Below, piece after piece: positions 28,452 to 38,661 of a DNA stretch of 54,929 bases. Both the position numbers and the translations under genes were made by a program. The DNA comes from a virus (Duplodnaviria > Caudoviricetes), in the IMG/VR virus record IMGVR_UViG_3300029822_001021, positions 1 to 54,929 of that record; one strand, written 5' to 3'. Under the pieces are notes generated by a model, which was not told the origin of the DNA, searched no databases, and was given only the letters and a program-made list of their open reading frames with translations. Every line of letters starts with the position of its first letter. The first letter of the stretch is position 1.

Positions 28452-28886
28452 TCATACTCTCTTTTTATCACATTTACTCTCATCTTTTTGAGTTACCTTA
28501 TTCAAAGCCCTTTTATGCATCCTAAAAACGTGCTGCAGGCTATATCCCATTTCAACAGCGATCTGTTCCCAACTTTTAAAGCCCAGGTATCTAAGTTCAA
28601 GCAAAGTTTGGTATACTGGGTTTTCAATTTTTTTGATAATGGTTACGATCTCCCGCTTCAAATCCACCAGGTCATCAATGTCCTGGTTGATTTCATTTTC
28701 CAGATCAACGATCTTTACGATGATGTCTTCCATGGAATGAATATTATTGCTGGGGTTACGGGGCATGTCCGACAGCGTTGCAGTAGCTTTCCTGGCTAAA
28801 TCCCTGAGTGACGCCACCAGTTCCAGCTTACTGTTTATGCGCTGGTCAATTCGGTAAGCCCGGGATAAATATTCTTTAACCGTCAT
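28452..28886 (-). CDS. Late transcription regulator (DUF1492/ArpU/RinA-like)
   Basis: MTVKEYLS...LLELRYL..KSWEQIAVEMGYS C-terminal HTH. Confidence 0.85.
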   Translation of the reverse strand: MTVKEYLSRAYRIDQRINSKLELVASLRDLARKATATLSDMPRNPSNNIHSMEDIIVKIVDLENEINQDIDDLVDLKREIVTIIKKIENPVYQTLLELRYLGFKSWEQIAVEMGYSLQHVFRMHKRALNKVTQKDESKCDKKRV

Positions 28887-29112
28887 AGCCATCATCACCT
28901 TCCAGCCAGGGCATATTGCCGCGGTAATAGGTAGCTGCAATATGCTTCTGGTATGCTTCGTCCAGACTGGCCAATCTGCCATTGGCTTTTCTGCGTGACT
29001 CAGCTGCCTGCTCCGGGGTTTTATAGAACGAACAACTAGTGCCTGGGCACTTAACAACGGTTAGCACCTTGCAACGATTATTTTCACTTAAAGCAAAACA
29101 CCTGTTACTCAT
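28876..29112 (-). CDS. Small Cys-rich hypothetical protein
   Basis: CFAL...CKVL...CPG..CSFYKT; overlaps both neighbours. Confidence 0.65.
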   Translation of the reverse strand: MSNRCFALSENNRCKVLTVVKCPGTSCSFYKTPEQAAESRRKANGRLASLDEAYQKHIAATYYRGNMPWLEGDDGYDG

Positions 29113-30466
29113 AAAGGCTTACACCTCCAATCCTGGCTTTTACCGCTTCAATCAAAGCGGTCTGGGTCTTGTCCTTTCTTTCCAGGGCGCGCATCACATC
29201 TTCATCAATGGTGCCCTTGGTAATGATGTGGTGGATAACCACAGTATCTTTTTGACCTTGCCGCCACAGCCTGGCGTTGGTCTGCTGGTAGAGTTCAAGG
29301 CTCCAGGTAAGCCCGAACCACACCAGGGTCGAGCCACCCGCCTGCAAATTCAATCCGTGTCCGGCCGATGCCGGATGAATCACGGCCAGTGGTATTTTTC
29401 CGTCATTCCAGCGTCTAATGGAAGCAGTGCTGTCCAGCTTCTCAGCGGGGAAACGATTAAGTATCCGTTCAAGATCATGCTTAAACCAGTAAGCCACCAG
29501 AACCGGCTTGCCGTTGGCGGCTTCGATAATATCCTCTAACGCATCCAGCTTGCGGTCATGAATCTTAGCTACTGAGCCATCATCGGCATAGACTGCACCG
29601 TTTGCCATCTGCAGCAGCTTGTTCGACAGGCTGGCGGCATTTAAAGCGTCAATTTCCTGTCCTTCCAGTGAAAGCACCAGATCCCGCTTTATGGTGTCAT
29701 AGGCTTTTTGCTCTTTGTCCGACAGCCAAACAGGGATCTCGTTCATCACCAATTCTGGCAGCTTCAAATAGTCGGTATTTTTCATGCTGATGGTGATGTC
29801 GGATATCAGCCGGTAAATAGCTTCCTCGGCATCGGGCCGGGGTTTGTATGAAAACACCATCTGCTGGTTACGCTTGTCCGGCATAAAATAATTATTGCGG
29901 AAATGGGTGATGTACCGGCCAAGGCGTTGTCCCATATCAAGAATGCCTATTTCAGCCCACAGGTCCATCAATCCATTGGCTGAAGGTGTTCCTGTAAGGC
30001 CGACTATCCTCCTGACACCGGGCCGAACCTTGCGCAGGGCCTTGAACCGTTTGGAGCCGTTATCCTTGAAAGAACTCAACTCGTCGATTACCACCATATC
30101 GAAGTCGAAGGGAAGACCGCTCTTGTTAATCAACCAGTTCACGTTCTCCCGGTTAATGATGTAGACTTGAGCTCTTTTCTTAAGTGCCGCTTTCCGCTGT
30201 GCTTCAGTTCCAATGGCTACCGAGCAGGTAAGTCCCCTAAGATGATCCCATTTTTCAATTTCCGCTGGCCATGTATCCCGTGCCACCCTAAGTGGAGCAA
30301 TGACCAGAACCTTGCGGATCTCGAAACTGTCCAAAGTAAGGTCGAAAATGGCTGTCAGCGTAATGACGCTTTTGCCCAGACCCATTTCAAGCAGAACAGC
30401 CGCGATCGGATGCTCAAGGATGAATCTTGTGGCATAATCCTGGTATTCATGAGGATTGTATATCAT
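29105..30466 (-). CDS. SNF2-like DEAD/DEAH helicase
   Basis: MGLGKS, VIDELS, LTGTP, GHGLNLQ, QTNARLWRQG. Confidence 0.93.
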   Translation of the reverse strand: MIYNPHEYQDYATRFILEHPIAAVLLEMGLGKSVITLTAIFDLTLDSFEIRKVLVIAPLRVARDTWPAEIEKWDHLRGLTCSVAIGTEAQRKAALKKRAQVYIINRENVNWLINKSGLPFDFDMVVIDELSSFKDNGSKRFKALRKVRPGVRRIVGLTGTPSANGLMDLWAEIGILDMGQRLGRYITHFRNNYFMPDKRNQQMVFSYKPRPDAEEAIYRLISDITISMKNTDYLKLPELVMNEIPVWLSDKEQKAYDTIKRDLVLSLEGQEIDALNAASLSNKLLQMANGAVYADDGSVAKIHDRKLDALEDIIEAANGKPVLVAYWFKHDLERILNRFPAEKLDSTASIRRWNDGKIPLAVIHPASAGHGLNLQAGGSTLVWFGLTWSLELYQQTNARLWRQGQKDTVVIHHIITKGTIDEDVMRALERKDKTQTALIEAVKARIGGVSLYE

Positions 30467-30728
30467 TCAGCATCCCTCCAATCTGCTCCTCACCGTCAAT
30501 GACGTACACCGAAAACCCTAATGCTTCCAGTTGTCTTTTTCGTCTTACCTGCATAGGCCGTAATTTACACCCCATCGATTTAATTTCTGCAAAGGCCATC
30601 CGTCCATGGGGCAATAATATTAAGCGGTCAGGCACTCCATCGAACCCTGGTGACACAAACTTCAGCGCTAAACCATCCATGCCACGTACTGCCTTGACCA
30701 GTTTTTGTTCTATCTTTTTTTCTCGCAT
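30447..30728 (-). CDS. VRR-NUC domain nuclease
   Basis: GVPDR...FAEIK PD-(D/E)XK motif. Confidence 0.88.
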   Translation of the reverse strand: MREKKIEQKLVKAVRGMDGLALKFVSPGFDGVPDRLILLPHGRMAFAEIKSMGCKLRPMQVRRKRQLEALGFSVYVIDGEEQIGGMLNDIQSS

Positions 30729-30783
30729 AGGACTCCCCATAGCATTTCTATTCCTTTCATCCTGTTGCTGTTTGATAATTTAC

Positions 30784-31061
30784 TGGAACGGAACACACCT
30801 TGGAACAACAACCTGGAACAGCTTTGAACCCTGAATTTACAAGGCATTCCGCTTAATTGTGTTCCAGCCGTACCGAAAAATTCCTTATAGACCCTTACGC
30901 GTGTATATAGTTCCATATAGGTATAGGAAGTAATAATACAAATAACTCATATATAATTCTTGGAACACTTGGAACAGAACCTAGCAAGTACCCTATTTTT
31001 CTAGGCTAACGCCTGTTCCCGCTGTTCAGTTTTCCTGGAACAAACACGGAACGCCTGGAAC
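30784..31061. repeat. TGGAAC iteron-like repeat cluster; candidate replication origin
   Basis: 7 direct TGGAAC (30784, 30801, 30814, 30961, 30970, 31036, 31056), 2 inverted GTTCCA (30861, 30910), AT-rich core. Confidence 0.7.
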
Positions 31062-31070
31062 ACCTCTGAC

Positions 31071-33422
31071 TTAATTCCGCTTTCTAATCCATACATTTTG
31101 CGGGCCGTAGCCGATGATCCGGATCTTTTTATCCCCGCGTCGCCAGTCGGTCATCTTCTGCATGATGGCGGTAATTTCATAGCTATCGCGGGTTCTAATG
31201 TCCTCGCGGTTCTTGTTCAGGCACTCGCACCAGATCTCAATATTGCTAACAATATCGCGCCGTTTAACACCTGGCGACCTGGTTGGGTCATTCTGATCCC
31301 GGAAATAGTCACGCCTGCGATACACATCAAGCGTATCCCAGTTCTCCGGCAGGAGCATATCCAGATACTCGCGCACCAAGCCTTCACGTTCATCGGATTC
31401 CATGGCATCTGCCTGCTCGCTGACCGCCGCTTCCGCATCGGCTCCTTCAAGGTAGAGCTTCTCACCGTTGTTCCATATCAGCTTTGCTTCGGCCCAGATT
31501 TGAAGAACATCCTCATCTGTAATATCCCAACCACGCCGGGCATTTTTGCCACTGACACGGACTGGCCAGAAGCGGCGGTTGCCGGTCACATCACGCAGAA
31601 ACCCAGCACTTTCACTGTTGGTACTGCCCACGATAATACATTGCCGGGGATGACTTTCTGTTGTATGGCCGTAGCTGGCACGGTAGTTATCGTCGCTGCG
31701 GGATAAAAATGCTTTTACGTTGTTGACATCGGTTTTTCTGATACCAGCAAGTTCTGGGATTTCAATGATCCAGAACCCTTGTATCTTTTCAGGAGCGTCT
31801 TTGCCTTTGCCCATGTCGGCAAAGGTCAGGCTGTCCGAGAACCACTCTCCGGCCAGCTTGCCAAAAAACGTAGATTTCCCTAGTCCGGTCGCACCATTTA
31901 TGACCAGCATGTAGTCAAACTTAATCCCCGGCTGATAAATGCGGGCGACTGCCGCCGCAAAAGTCTTTCTGGTAACAGCCCTAGTGTACGGAGTATCTTC
32001 TGCACCAAAGTAATCAATCAGAAGCGTTTCGACTCTTTTAACACCGTCCCAGGCAGGAAGTGTATTAAGATACTCACGTATCGGATGGAATTGTCGGGCA
32101 GCAGCTGCCGCCATAACTGCGTTATTCGTCTTAGTCGGTGAGTAGATGCCATAATGATTCTGCAGATATTCATAAAGTTTAGCCGCGTCTGTTTCGCTCC
32201 AGCCAGGTTTGAACCTTTGCCAGGGTATTTCCCCACGAACATCCACACCGTCCCGCAGTTGGTTAAAAACGATACCGCTCAAATTAGGGTCATTGTTTAA
32301 TATCAAAAGATAGTTTCCGAAACTGTCTTTAACAGCACCGGTCTTTTCAAGTTCCAGGGCTTTCTGCCAATCCGTATCCCTAAACTCCTTCTCCGCCTGG
32401 GCTTTGCGTTCTTCAGCCAACTGCTCCTTGACCCGTTCATCCTTTATGGCTAGTTCCGTCATAGCCCTAAAGGAGGGCAGCTTTCCAGGAGGGGTATCCA
32501 TAGCGGTCTTGTCGTCGAGGTCGCGGAAGCGGTGTATTCGCACCAAATCAAAGGCATTCAGCAGCCTGCCGCAGGCCGGATCGGTAGCGTGATGGCTGTA
32601 GGCGAATTTGCCATCGTATATTACCAGTCCCGCTGAAGAATCAGCAGGGATATAGTCGTAACGCCCATTCATGGCGCTGGGTTCATAGACTTCGGATAGA
32701 AAAGTGGCAATTGCGTCCTCAATGGAATAAGCCCGGCAGAACGCACCGACTGCGCCTTCCTTAGTAAGGGGATCTGCCTGCTGGGTAATCTGGCTACGAA
32801 CCACTTCTGACTGACGCGAGGATACCGGCCACATGGAAGTATCCCGCCAGTCAGCGTATTTTCCGAGATATGTATCGGGGTTGAGCAGTTCGCCTTCTTT
32901 TTCTTGGAACACAAACTCACCGTCAGATGGCGTAGACGGCCAATACATGAGCCGCGAGGGTTCATAAGTCGTATCGTCAAATAAGTCGATACCGATTTCC
33001 TTGGCTACCATGCGAGCAAGAGCGGGGTACTCGTCTTCGCTGACCTCGCGGGACAAAGGGATAACAAGCCGGAGGCGCGGTGCATCCGGGGTATGTTTGT
33101 GAGTAGAGTAAACACAGCATTTGAAATCGTGGAGCATATTAATTTCATCCCAAATTCCTGGCCTGGCGTAGTCCATATCCAAGGTGAGCAGGGAGCGGCA
33201 GAGGACATAACCGTTCCTGCGTTTACCTTCACGTAGAGCGCCGCCCACGAAGCCACCTACATCTTTGATGGAATCCTGCTGCGCGCGGCTCATCTTACGG
33301 AATTCTGATACCGTTTCGGTGGTGCGGATCGTCGTGCTAACCCGGGTGAGGAAATTTTCCCATGAGATGTCCCTGTTTTTCCATTTCTTATCCATGCGGC
33401 TGTTGCCGACCGCTATCTTCAC
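31071..33422 (-). CDS. Primase-helicase, VapE (virulence-associated E) family
   Basis: N-terminal LDMD/STHKH AEP-like motifs; GATGLGKST Walker A; GNRRFWPV. Confidence 0.9.
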   Translation of the reverse strand: MKIAVGNSRMDKKWKNRDISWENFLTRVSTTIRTTETVSEFRKMSRAQQDSIKDVGGFVGGALREGKRRNGYVLCRSLLTLDMDYARPGIWDEINMLHDFKCCVYSTHKHTPDAPRLRLVIPLSREVSEDEYPALARMVAKEIGIDLFDDTTYEPSRLMYWPSTPSDGEFVFQEKEGELLNPDTYLGKYADWRDTSMWPVSSRQSEVVRSQITQQADPLTKEGAVGAFCRAYSIEDAIATFLSEVYEPSAMNGRYDYIPADSSAGLVIYDGKFAYSHHATDPACGRLLNAFDLVRIHRFRDLDDKTAMDTPPGKLPSFRAMTELAIKDERVKEQLAEERKAQAEKEFRDTDWQKALELEKTGAVKDSFGNYLLILNNDPNLSGIVFNQLRDGVDVRGEIPWQRFKPGWSETDAAKLYEYLQNHYGIYSPTKTNNAVMAAAAARQFHPIREYLNTLPAWDGVKRVETLLIDYFGAEDTPYTRAVTRKTFAAAVARIYQPGIKFDYMLVINGATGLGKSTFFGKLAGEWFSDSLTFADMGKGKDAPEKIQGFWIIEIPELAGIRKTDVNNVKAFLSRSDDNYRASYGHTTESHPRQCIIVGSTNSESAGFLRDVTGNRRFWPVRVSGKNARRGWDITDEDVLQIWAEAKLIWNNGEKLYLEGADAEAAVSEQADAMESDEREGLVREYLDMLLPENWDTLDVYRRRDYFRDQNDPTRSPGVKRRDIVSNIEIWCECLNKNREDIRTRDSYEITAIMQKMTDWRRGDKKIRIIGYGPQNVWIRKRN

Positions 33423-33832
33423 GTTACCTGCACCTCCTCACACTTCTCGGTAAAGTGCCGAATGGGTATGCCCTCCTTTTTCGCTTGGCTGATTTCCTGG
33501 GCCATACCATCTGACACCCGGTGTCCGAACACCCATAGCTCGTCGCATTTGCTAAGTAGAACCAGGGCAAAATATAGTCCGAGTTCGCGCTCTTTTTGGT
33601 CACTATCATCCATAAACTGTGGGTAGTGAAGATGAGGCGCGAGGGGGATATATCCCTTGCTAACTGCAAACCGACAATAGCCCAGCACACGGATGATGTT
33701 GTGTTTCGTGTCACCGGCAAAAGGAGAGCATATGTAAACCAGCGAACGGTGCCTTATTTCCTTTTGCGCCGCACAGTCCAAAGAAAGAGTGGCTATATGT
33801 TCCGGGCAGCCCTCGCTGTTATGCTCGTCCAT
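33419..33832 (-). CDS. DUF4406/nucleoside deoxyribosyltransferase-like protein
   Basis: VYICSPFAG, APHL, CDELWVFG, SDGMAQEI. Confidence 0.75.
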   Translation of the reverse strand: MDEHNSEGCPEHIATLSLDCAAQKEIRHRSLVYICSPFAGDTKHNIIRVLGYCRFAVSKGYIPLAPHLHYPQFMDDSDQKERELGLYFALVLLSKCDELWVFGHRVSDGMAQEISQAKKEGIPIRHFTEKCEEVQVT

Positions 33833-34604
33833 CCCTATCCACCCCTCCCCCGAGGAAGTAGTTGACAAAATACTGCTGCCCTTTGCCAGTAACTTTGGTG
33901 GTTTTACTGATGGTGACATGACCATCCGAATGAGTAATGGCGGTTTCTTTAACTTTGAAAAGACCAAGTTCCATGGCCTTCTGAGTTGGCGCGTTGTAGT
34001 CGGTGCCTTTGCGCTTGATAAGGAAACCGTCCTGGCGGAGCCTTTCAAACAGGCGGTTTTGCCCGATTTCAATACCGTTGCCTTTGAGAATTTTAGCCAG
34101 TTCGCCGATTAAAATGGTCCCGTCCGATGCGGATACAGCATCGGCAAATACCACCTTAGGCTTATCTTGGGTAGCCTGTAGCTGAAGCCGCTCTTTTTCC
34201 TGGCGTTCCTCCTTGAGGGCGGTCAAGAGCCTAATCCAGGAGTCAGGGTCATTCATGATTTCTTCCAGCTTAGAGGTTGTGATGTAAGCTCCGTGCCTGC
34301 GAATCTGAGGAAGAACCTCGTGGGTAACCCAGCGTTTAAACTTCTTGGCTTCAGGCTTGTCAGAGCGCAAGATAACATTGTAAAGCCCGCTCTCATTAAC
34401 GATGTTGGTTTGCTGCCGCCTGTCCATGCTGTCGGTGACGTAAGCCAGACTTACATCATCCTCATCAAGCCGGTCGGCAATCATGCGAGCATTGCTGAGT
34501 CCCAGCACTCCGCACACATCCTTTAGTACCCACCATGTTTCGCCGTTCCTCTGGATGGTTCTGATCTCTTTTCCCTCGTAGGAGAATACCTGTAGTTCGT
34601 TCAT
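33819..34604 (-). CDS. Phage antirepressor (Bro-N + ANT/KilA-C)
   Basis: NESGLY...FKRWVTHEVLPQIR; PKVVFADAV...KVTGKGQQYF. Confidence 0.92.
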   Translation of the reverse strand: MNELQVFSYEGKEIRTIQRNGETWWVLKDVCGVLGLSNARMIADRLDEDDVSLAYVTDSMDRRQQTNIVNESGLYNVILRSDKPEAKKFKRWVTHEVLPQIRRHGAYITTSKLEEIMNDPDSWIRLLTALKEERQEKERLQLQATQDKPKVVFADAVSASDGTILIGELAKILKGNGIEIGQNRLFERLRQDGFLIKRKGTDYNAPTQKAMELGLFKVKETAITHSDGHVTISKTTKVTGKGQQYFVNYFLGGGVDRDGRA

Positions 34605-34614
34605 ATGGATTCGT

Positions 34615-34685
34615 CCTTTCCGAAGGCTTGGATTTTGTTTGTGGCCTTCGCTATATCGCCACCACAAGGAGCGGAATCGGACGGT
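34615..34685 (-). promoter_or_regulatory. Repeated promoter+hairpin element, copy B
   Basis: ACCGTCCGATT-N14-GGC-N8-GAAGGC-loop-GCCTTCGGAAAGG. Confidence 0.7.
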
Positions 34686-34699
34686 CCATGAACTTTTTT

Positions 34700-36634
34700 C
34701 TAATCTTTTTTATAGAACTGGCACTCAAAGCCATCGGCGCGAAGCAAAAGTCCCTTTGCCCAGGGAGGAGTCTCGCCCATAACTTGGCAGATATCATCAA
34801 CCGATGCCCGAGCCGGGGCTTCAATCACAACCTCGTCATGAACATGCATCACTATGTTGTAGCCCAAGACATCCAAACGGCGCATGGCATAACAAAGGAT
34901 ATCCCTGGATGCTGCCTGTACAATGTTCTCAACAAACTTAGGCCCGTAGCTTTCGATGCGTTCCCATTTTTTTGCGGCACCAACACCTTCATATGTCACC
35001 GATTCGCTGCCGAAGCGGTTTAATTCTATTCGGGGCTTTACATAGTAAAGGTTCCTGCCGGATGGCAAGGTGATGAATAGCATTCCGCTACGGTACCCAA
35101 TACGGATTCCGTGTGTTTCCGTAGTGACGCGATCCTTGACCGCCCTTTTCGCAGCCCGGTCAACGTCCCACCAGAACCGGACGATATTGGGATTAGCCTT
35201 TCGCCAGGAGGTTACCAGCGGATGAAGTTCATCCTCAGTAAGCCCCATATCAAGAGCACCCATAGCGATTAAAGCACCCACTGATCCGCCGTAGCCAAGC
35301 GCTAATTCAGCTATTTTCCCTTTCTGGCGCAGCGGGCTGCCTTTGGTGACCTCTTCAATGGGGACATGGAACATCTGCGCCGCCGATGCTTCATAAATCT
35401 TGCCATGAGTGGCAAATACCTCATTACGCCATGTCTCACCCGCCAACCAGGCTATTACTCTAGCCTCAATGGCGGAAAAGTCAGCAACAATAAATTTAAA
35501 TCCAGATTGGGGAATGAATGCGGTACGGATAAGTTCGGATAAAACGGAGGGCACAGAATCATAGAGCATCTCTGCTGCATCAAATTGCCCGGAACGAATT
35601 AGATTGCGCGCTTCCTCCAAATCCGATAGATGGTTTTGCGGAAGGTTTTGTACTTGAATCAACCGTCCAGCAAAGCGGCCGGTACGATTAGCTCCGTAGA
35701 ACTGCAGCAACCCGCGCGCCCTGCCGTCGGAGCAGACTGCGTTTTCCATGGCTGTGTATTTCTTTATACTGGACTTGGCTAGTTTCTGCCGCAATTCTAA
35801 AACGCATCCCAGATTTCCGGGTGCGGTCTTAAGCAGTTCCCTAACCGCGGTCTTGTCCAACGTATCTGTTTTAAGGCCATGTTCAGCAAGCCAGGACTTC
35901 ATCTGCGCGACCGAGTTGGGATTATCCAGTGCAGTCAGTTCTTGCATAACTCGCGTCAGTTCCGACCGGGATTGCTCATCGCAGCTGATCGCCTGCCTGA
36001 CCAGGGTCATGTCCAGCAGGATACCTCGGTCATTGATTTCCTGGTCAAGGATATAGTTTTTCCACTCATCCTCCGGTACGGGATAGTTCGCCAGCTTTGC
36101 CTGTATTGCCATTTCCGTTTCCACATCGCGGGCGTTATAGGCTTTGAAGCGTTCCCATCTTTCAATGTCGTGCTCGGGAAGATTACGTGTTCGCTGGCCG
36201 TTTGTTTTTGTAGGCTTGCAGGGCATGGAGAAGTAGCGGATTAGATCTTTCCCCTCGATCAGCTTTTGCTTTTCTGCGCCGGTGACCAACGCAGCACCCT
36301 CCAGCGATAAAGGTAGACCAAGATAGGCGGACCAGACCATGGTGCAGCGCCAGGAATTTGGTTTCAGCCACTGGTTAAGATAGCGGGACAGACATACCCG
36401 TTCAAACTGCGCATTATGTGCCCATTTGATAATGGATTCATCTATTAGGGCGCTGCAAATCTCATCCGGCAAATGTTCACCTCTGGCCAGATCAATAACC
36501 TGAACACCTCCGCCGTCAACACTGTAGCCGAACAACAGAATTTCAAAATCCGGGGATTCAGTATAGCGATAGACCCCGCTTTTCGCGAGGTCTACCGTGC
36601 TGAAAGTCTCTAAATCAATACTAAGCATTCTCAT
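34700..36634 (-). CDS. Phage family A DNA polymerase with 3'-5' exonuclease
   Basis: IDLET, AHNAQFE, YNARD exonuclease motifs; ADFSAIEAR, RQKGKIAELALGYG, HVHDE polymerase motifs. Confidence 0.93.
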   Translation of the reverse strand: MRMLSIDLETFSTVDLAKSGVYRYTESPDFEILLFGYSVDGGGVQVIDLARGEHLPDEICSALIDESIIKWAHNAQFERVCLSRYLNQWLKPNSWRCTMVWSAYLGLPLSLEGAALVTGAEKQKLIEGKDLIRYFSMPCKPTKTNGQRTRNLPEHDIERWERFKAYNARDVETEMAIQAKLANYPVPEDEWKNYILDQEINDRGILLDMTLVRQAISCDEQSRSELTRVMQELTALDNPNSVAQMKSWLAEHGLKTDTLDKTAVRELLKTAPGNLGCVLELRQKLAKSSIKKYTAMENAVCSDGRARGLLQFYGANRTGRFAGRLIQVQNLPQNHLSDLEEARNLIRSGQFDAAEMLYDSVPSVLSELIRTAFIPQSGFKFIVADFSAIEARVIAWLAGETWRNEVFATHGKIYEASAAQMFHVPIEEVTKGSPLRQKGKIAELALGYGGSVGALIAMGALDMGLTEDELHPLVTSWRKANPNIVRFWWDVDRAAKRAVKDRVTTETHGIRIGYRSGMLFITLPSGRNLYYVKPRIELNRFGSESVTYEGVGAAKKWERIESYGPKFVENIVQAASRDILCYAMRRLDVLGYNIVMHVHDEVVIEAPARASVDDICQVMGETPPWAKGLLLRADGFECQFYKKD

Positions 36635-37209
36635 GACAGAAAATCATCGTCCACATCAGTGGCAAAATCATCAGCAGCACTTGATTTGCTGCCTAGCGGT
36701 TCACCGTCACGAATTTTCTGGATGTTACCCAAACCACAGGCAATTCCTTTGTTGCCATTGGAGTTGAAGGCATAAAAGTTTATGCTGACTCTCGCGTAAA
36801 CACCAGAATAGATTTCTGAACGTTCAAGGATAGGGTTGACTTGTCTGTCCACGATTTGTGGAGCGGTATTGCTATTGGCGTTTACAAAATAGCTGTTGGA
36901 GTAGGCTTCGTCATCAGGGCGGTCGACATCGCCATCACGAAGCGGAAGTTTTAACTGCGCTTTAGAAGGAATCCTGCCGCCAAATTTGCCTTTGCCTTCC
37001 TCAATCGCTGCATCCACAGCTGCATTGATGGCCGCGATGGTCTTAGTGTCTGACTTGGGGATAATCAGGCTGACACTGTATTTTTCCGCACCGCCGTTGA
37101 TGGACTTGGGTTCCCATACGTTCGCATAGGATAGGCGTACAATGCCGGTGATAACCTTGGTAGGATTTTTCCCAGGACTACGATTAACTCTGTTTGCTGT
37201 ATTTGACAT
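36631..37209 (-). CDS. DUF2815 single-stranded DNA-binding protein
   Basis: RLSYANVWEP, YSGVYAR, GLGNIQK, acidic tail. Confidence 0.88.
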   Translation of the reverse strand: MSNTANRVNRSPGKNPTKVITGIVRLSYANVWEPKSINGGAEKYSVSLIIPKSDTKTIAAINAAVDAAIEEGKGKFGGRIPSKAQLKLPLRDGDVDRPDDEAYSNSYFVNANSNTAPQIVDRQVNPILERSEIYSGVYARVSINFYAFNSNGNKGIACGLGNIQKIRDGEPLGSKSSAADDFATDVDDDFLS

Positions 37210-37213
37210 AGTA

Positions 37214-38341
37214 TTAAACCTCCATAAATTCGTTTTTTGCGTTTGATATACTCATCGCCGGTCGCTTGTCCGTAACCGGAACTAGGGTCGGTTTGCCGGG
37301 CGGCTTTATAACCAGTCCGCCGAGAATTTCATTGAACCTTGATTTGCCCATCAGCTTTTCCATCTCAGTAATGCTGATAAGGCTCTCTCTATAGATGTCG
37401 CGGTATCCAGCAGCTTTTGCTGCTTCGGCGACGGCCTTCTCATCGCTATATTTCCGAACGGAGCGCCCCTCGACCACCTTGAAACCGGGCCACTCCTTGC
37501 CATGGTTCACAGCGGCGTCTGTGGCATAGGATATAATCTCATTTGCCCAACTGGTCAGGTCGCCGATCAAATTAAGAACCTCACCAATTTCCTCATCAGA
37601 AAGCAAGGGAGGAAGTGCAAACTCAAAGGCCGCCAGTTTAAGCTTGGCTTCGGCTCTGGCTCGACACTTTACCGCAGCCCGGCAGAACTGACAGTGTTCA
37701 CCCGGGACGTAGTCGCCCTCACCTTTAAAAGCCAACTCAGCCGTGGGTATCAGTGTTTCCTCCGCCCATTGATAAAGCGATTCCTTAAATACCGTGAAGG
37801 TGCTGACATTCTCCCGGCGTGGCTGAAAAATGGTCATGGCTACTGTACTGACGTCATATATCCCGTCAAACAGTTCCAGGGCACCAAGTGCATACAGCTT
37901 CATCTGGGGATTGTCCTTGGCATTCACCAGAACGCCCTGCCCATACTTAAAATCAATAACATGGAGTGTACCATCGCAGATAATAACGCAGTCGCCGGTT
38001 CCGAAACCATCCGGTACATACCTGGAAAAATCCAACCTCTGCTCAATCAGCACCAACGGGTCGTTGCATGTCAACTTTATCTGGGCGATGGTTTCAAGCA
38101 CAAAATCCACGTAAGCGCCGGTGTGGGCGTCCATTTCGTCGCAGTCGTACTTGGAGATTGGCTTCTTCGAGCGCATTTTTAGTGCTCGGCGCAGTTTGTG
38201 TTCAGCGAGGGCATGAGCTGCGGTACCCTCAGCAGCGGCTTCGCTTTCACTCTCATCAAACTCCAGTTCCAGCCTGGCTGATGGAGTACAGTTCATCCAG
38301 CGGTGCGCTCCAGAAGCGGAGAGTATAGCGTGTTTACTCAT
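37214..38341 (-). CDS. DUF2800 Cas4/RecB-like nuclease
   Basis: HAILSASG..RW..C, GFGTGD, IDFKYG, QMKLYA, CQFC...C. Confidence 0.88.
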   Translation of the reverse strand: MSKHAILSASGAHRWMNCTPSARLELEFDESESEAAAEGTAAHALAEHKLRRALKMRSKKPISKYDCDEMDAHTGAYVDFVLETIAQIKLTCNDPLVLIEQRLDFSRYVPDGFGTGDCVIICDGTLHVIDFKYGQGVLVNAKDNPQMKLYALGALELFDGIYDVSTVAMTIFQPRRENVSTFTVFKESLYQWAEETLIPTAELAFKGEGDYVPGEHCQFCRAAVKCRARAEAKLKLAAFEFALPPLLSDEEIGEVLNLIGDLTSWANEIISYATDAAVNHGKEWPGFKVVEGRSVRKYSDEKAVAEAAKAAGYRDIYRESLISITEMEKLMGKSRFNEILGGLVIKPPGKPTLVPVTDKRPAMSISNAKNEFMEV

Positions 38342-38661
38342 TTCAGCCCCTCCGCATCCGTGAGAAGTGCGGGATAATTCGCCGGGTCAATCTCACTGAG
38401 CCTTGATGCACCGTGCTTCTCCAACAGTGCTCGGACCTCAGCGGTAAAGCCATCATGGCTTTTCGCAGCCAGCACAGCCCGGACTTGCTCAAGCGTGACC
38501 GCTTTGGTTTCAGGTTTTTCTTCCTTTTTGACAGTTGGTGCTTCCGGCTTCAAAGCCCCGCTAGGCTCACCATCCGCCATTGTCTCTGCTACAGCCCAAA
38601 TGCTGTCTGCCAGATTTTTTAGGTTAGCCGCTACATCCAGCAATAGCTTGGTTTTGCTCAT
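38338..38661 (-). CDS. Conserved small phage replication-module protein
   Basis: TLEQVRAVLA...LSEIDP motif; GGAGG RBS. Confidence 0.75.
   Translation of the reverse strand: MSKTKLLLDVAANLKNLADSIWAVAETMADGEPSGALKPEAPTVKKEEKPETKAVTLEQVRAVLAAKSHDGFTAEVRALLEKHGASRLSEIDPANYPALLTDAEGLK

Noticed and set aside
30710-30916. 68-aa ORF in the repeat region
   Set aside because: No clear RBS, overlaps the VRR-NUC start and runs through the iteron-like repeats
30784-31061. CRISPR-like array
   Set aside because: Repeats are 6 nt, irregularly spaced and in both orientations; the DUF2800 Cas4-like gene is a normal phage replication gene
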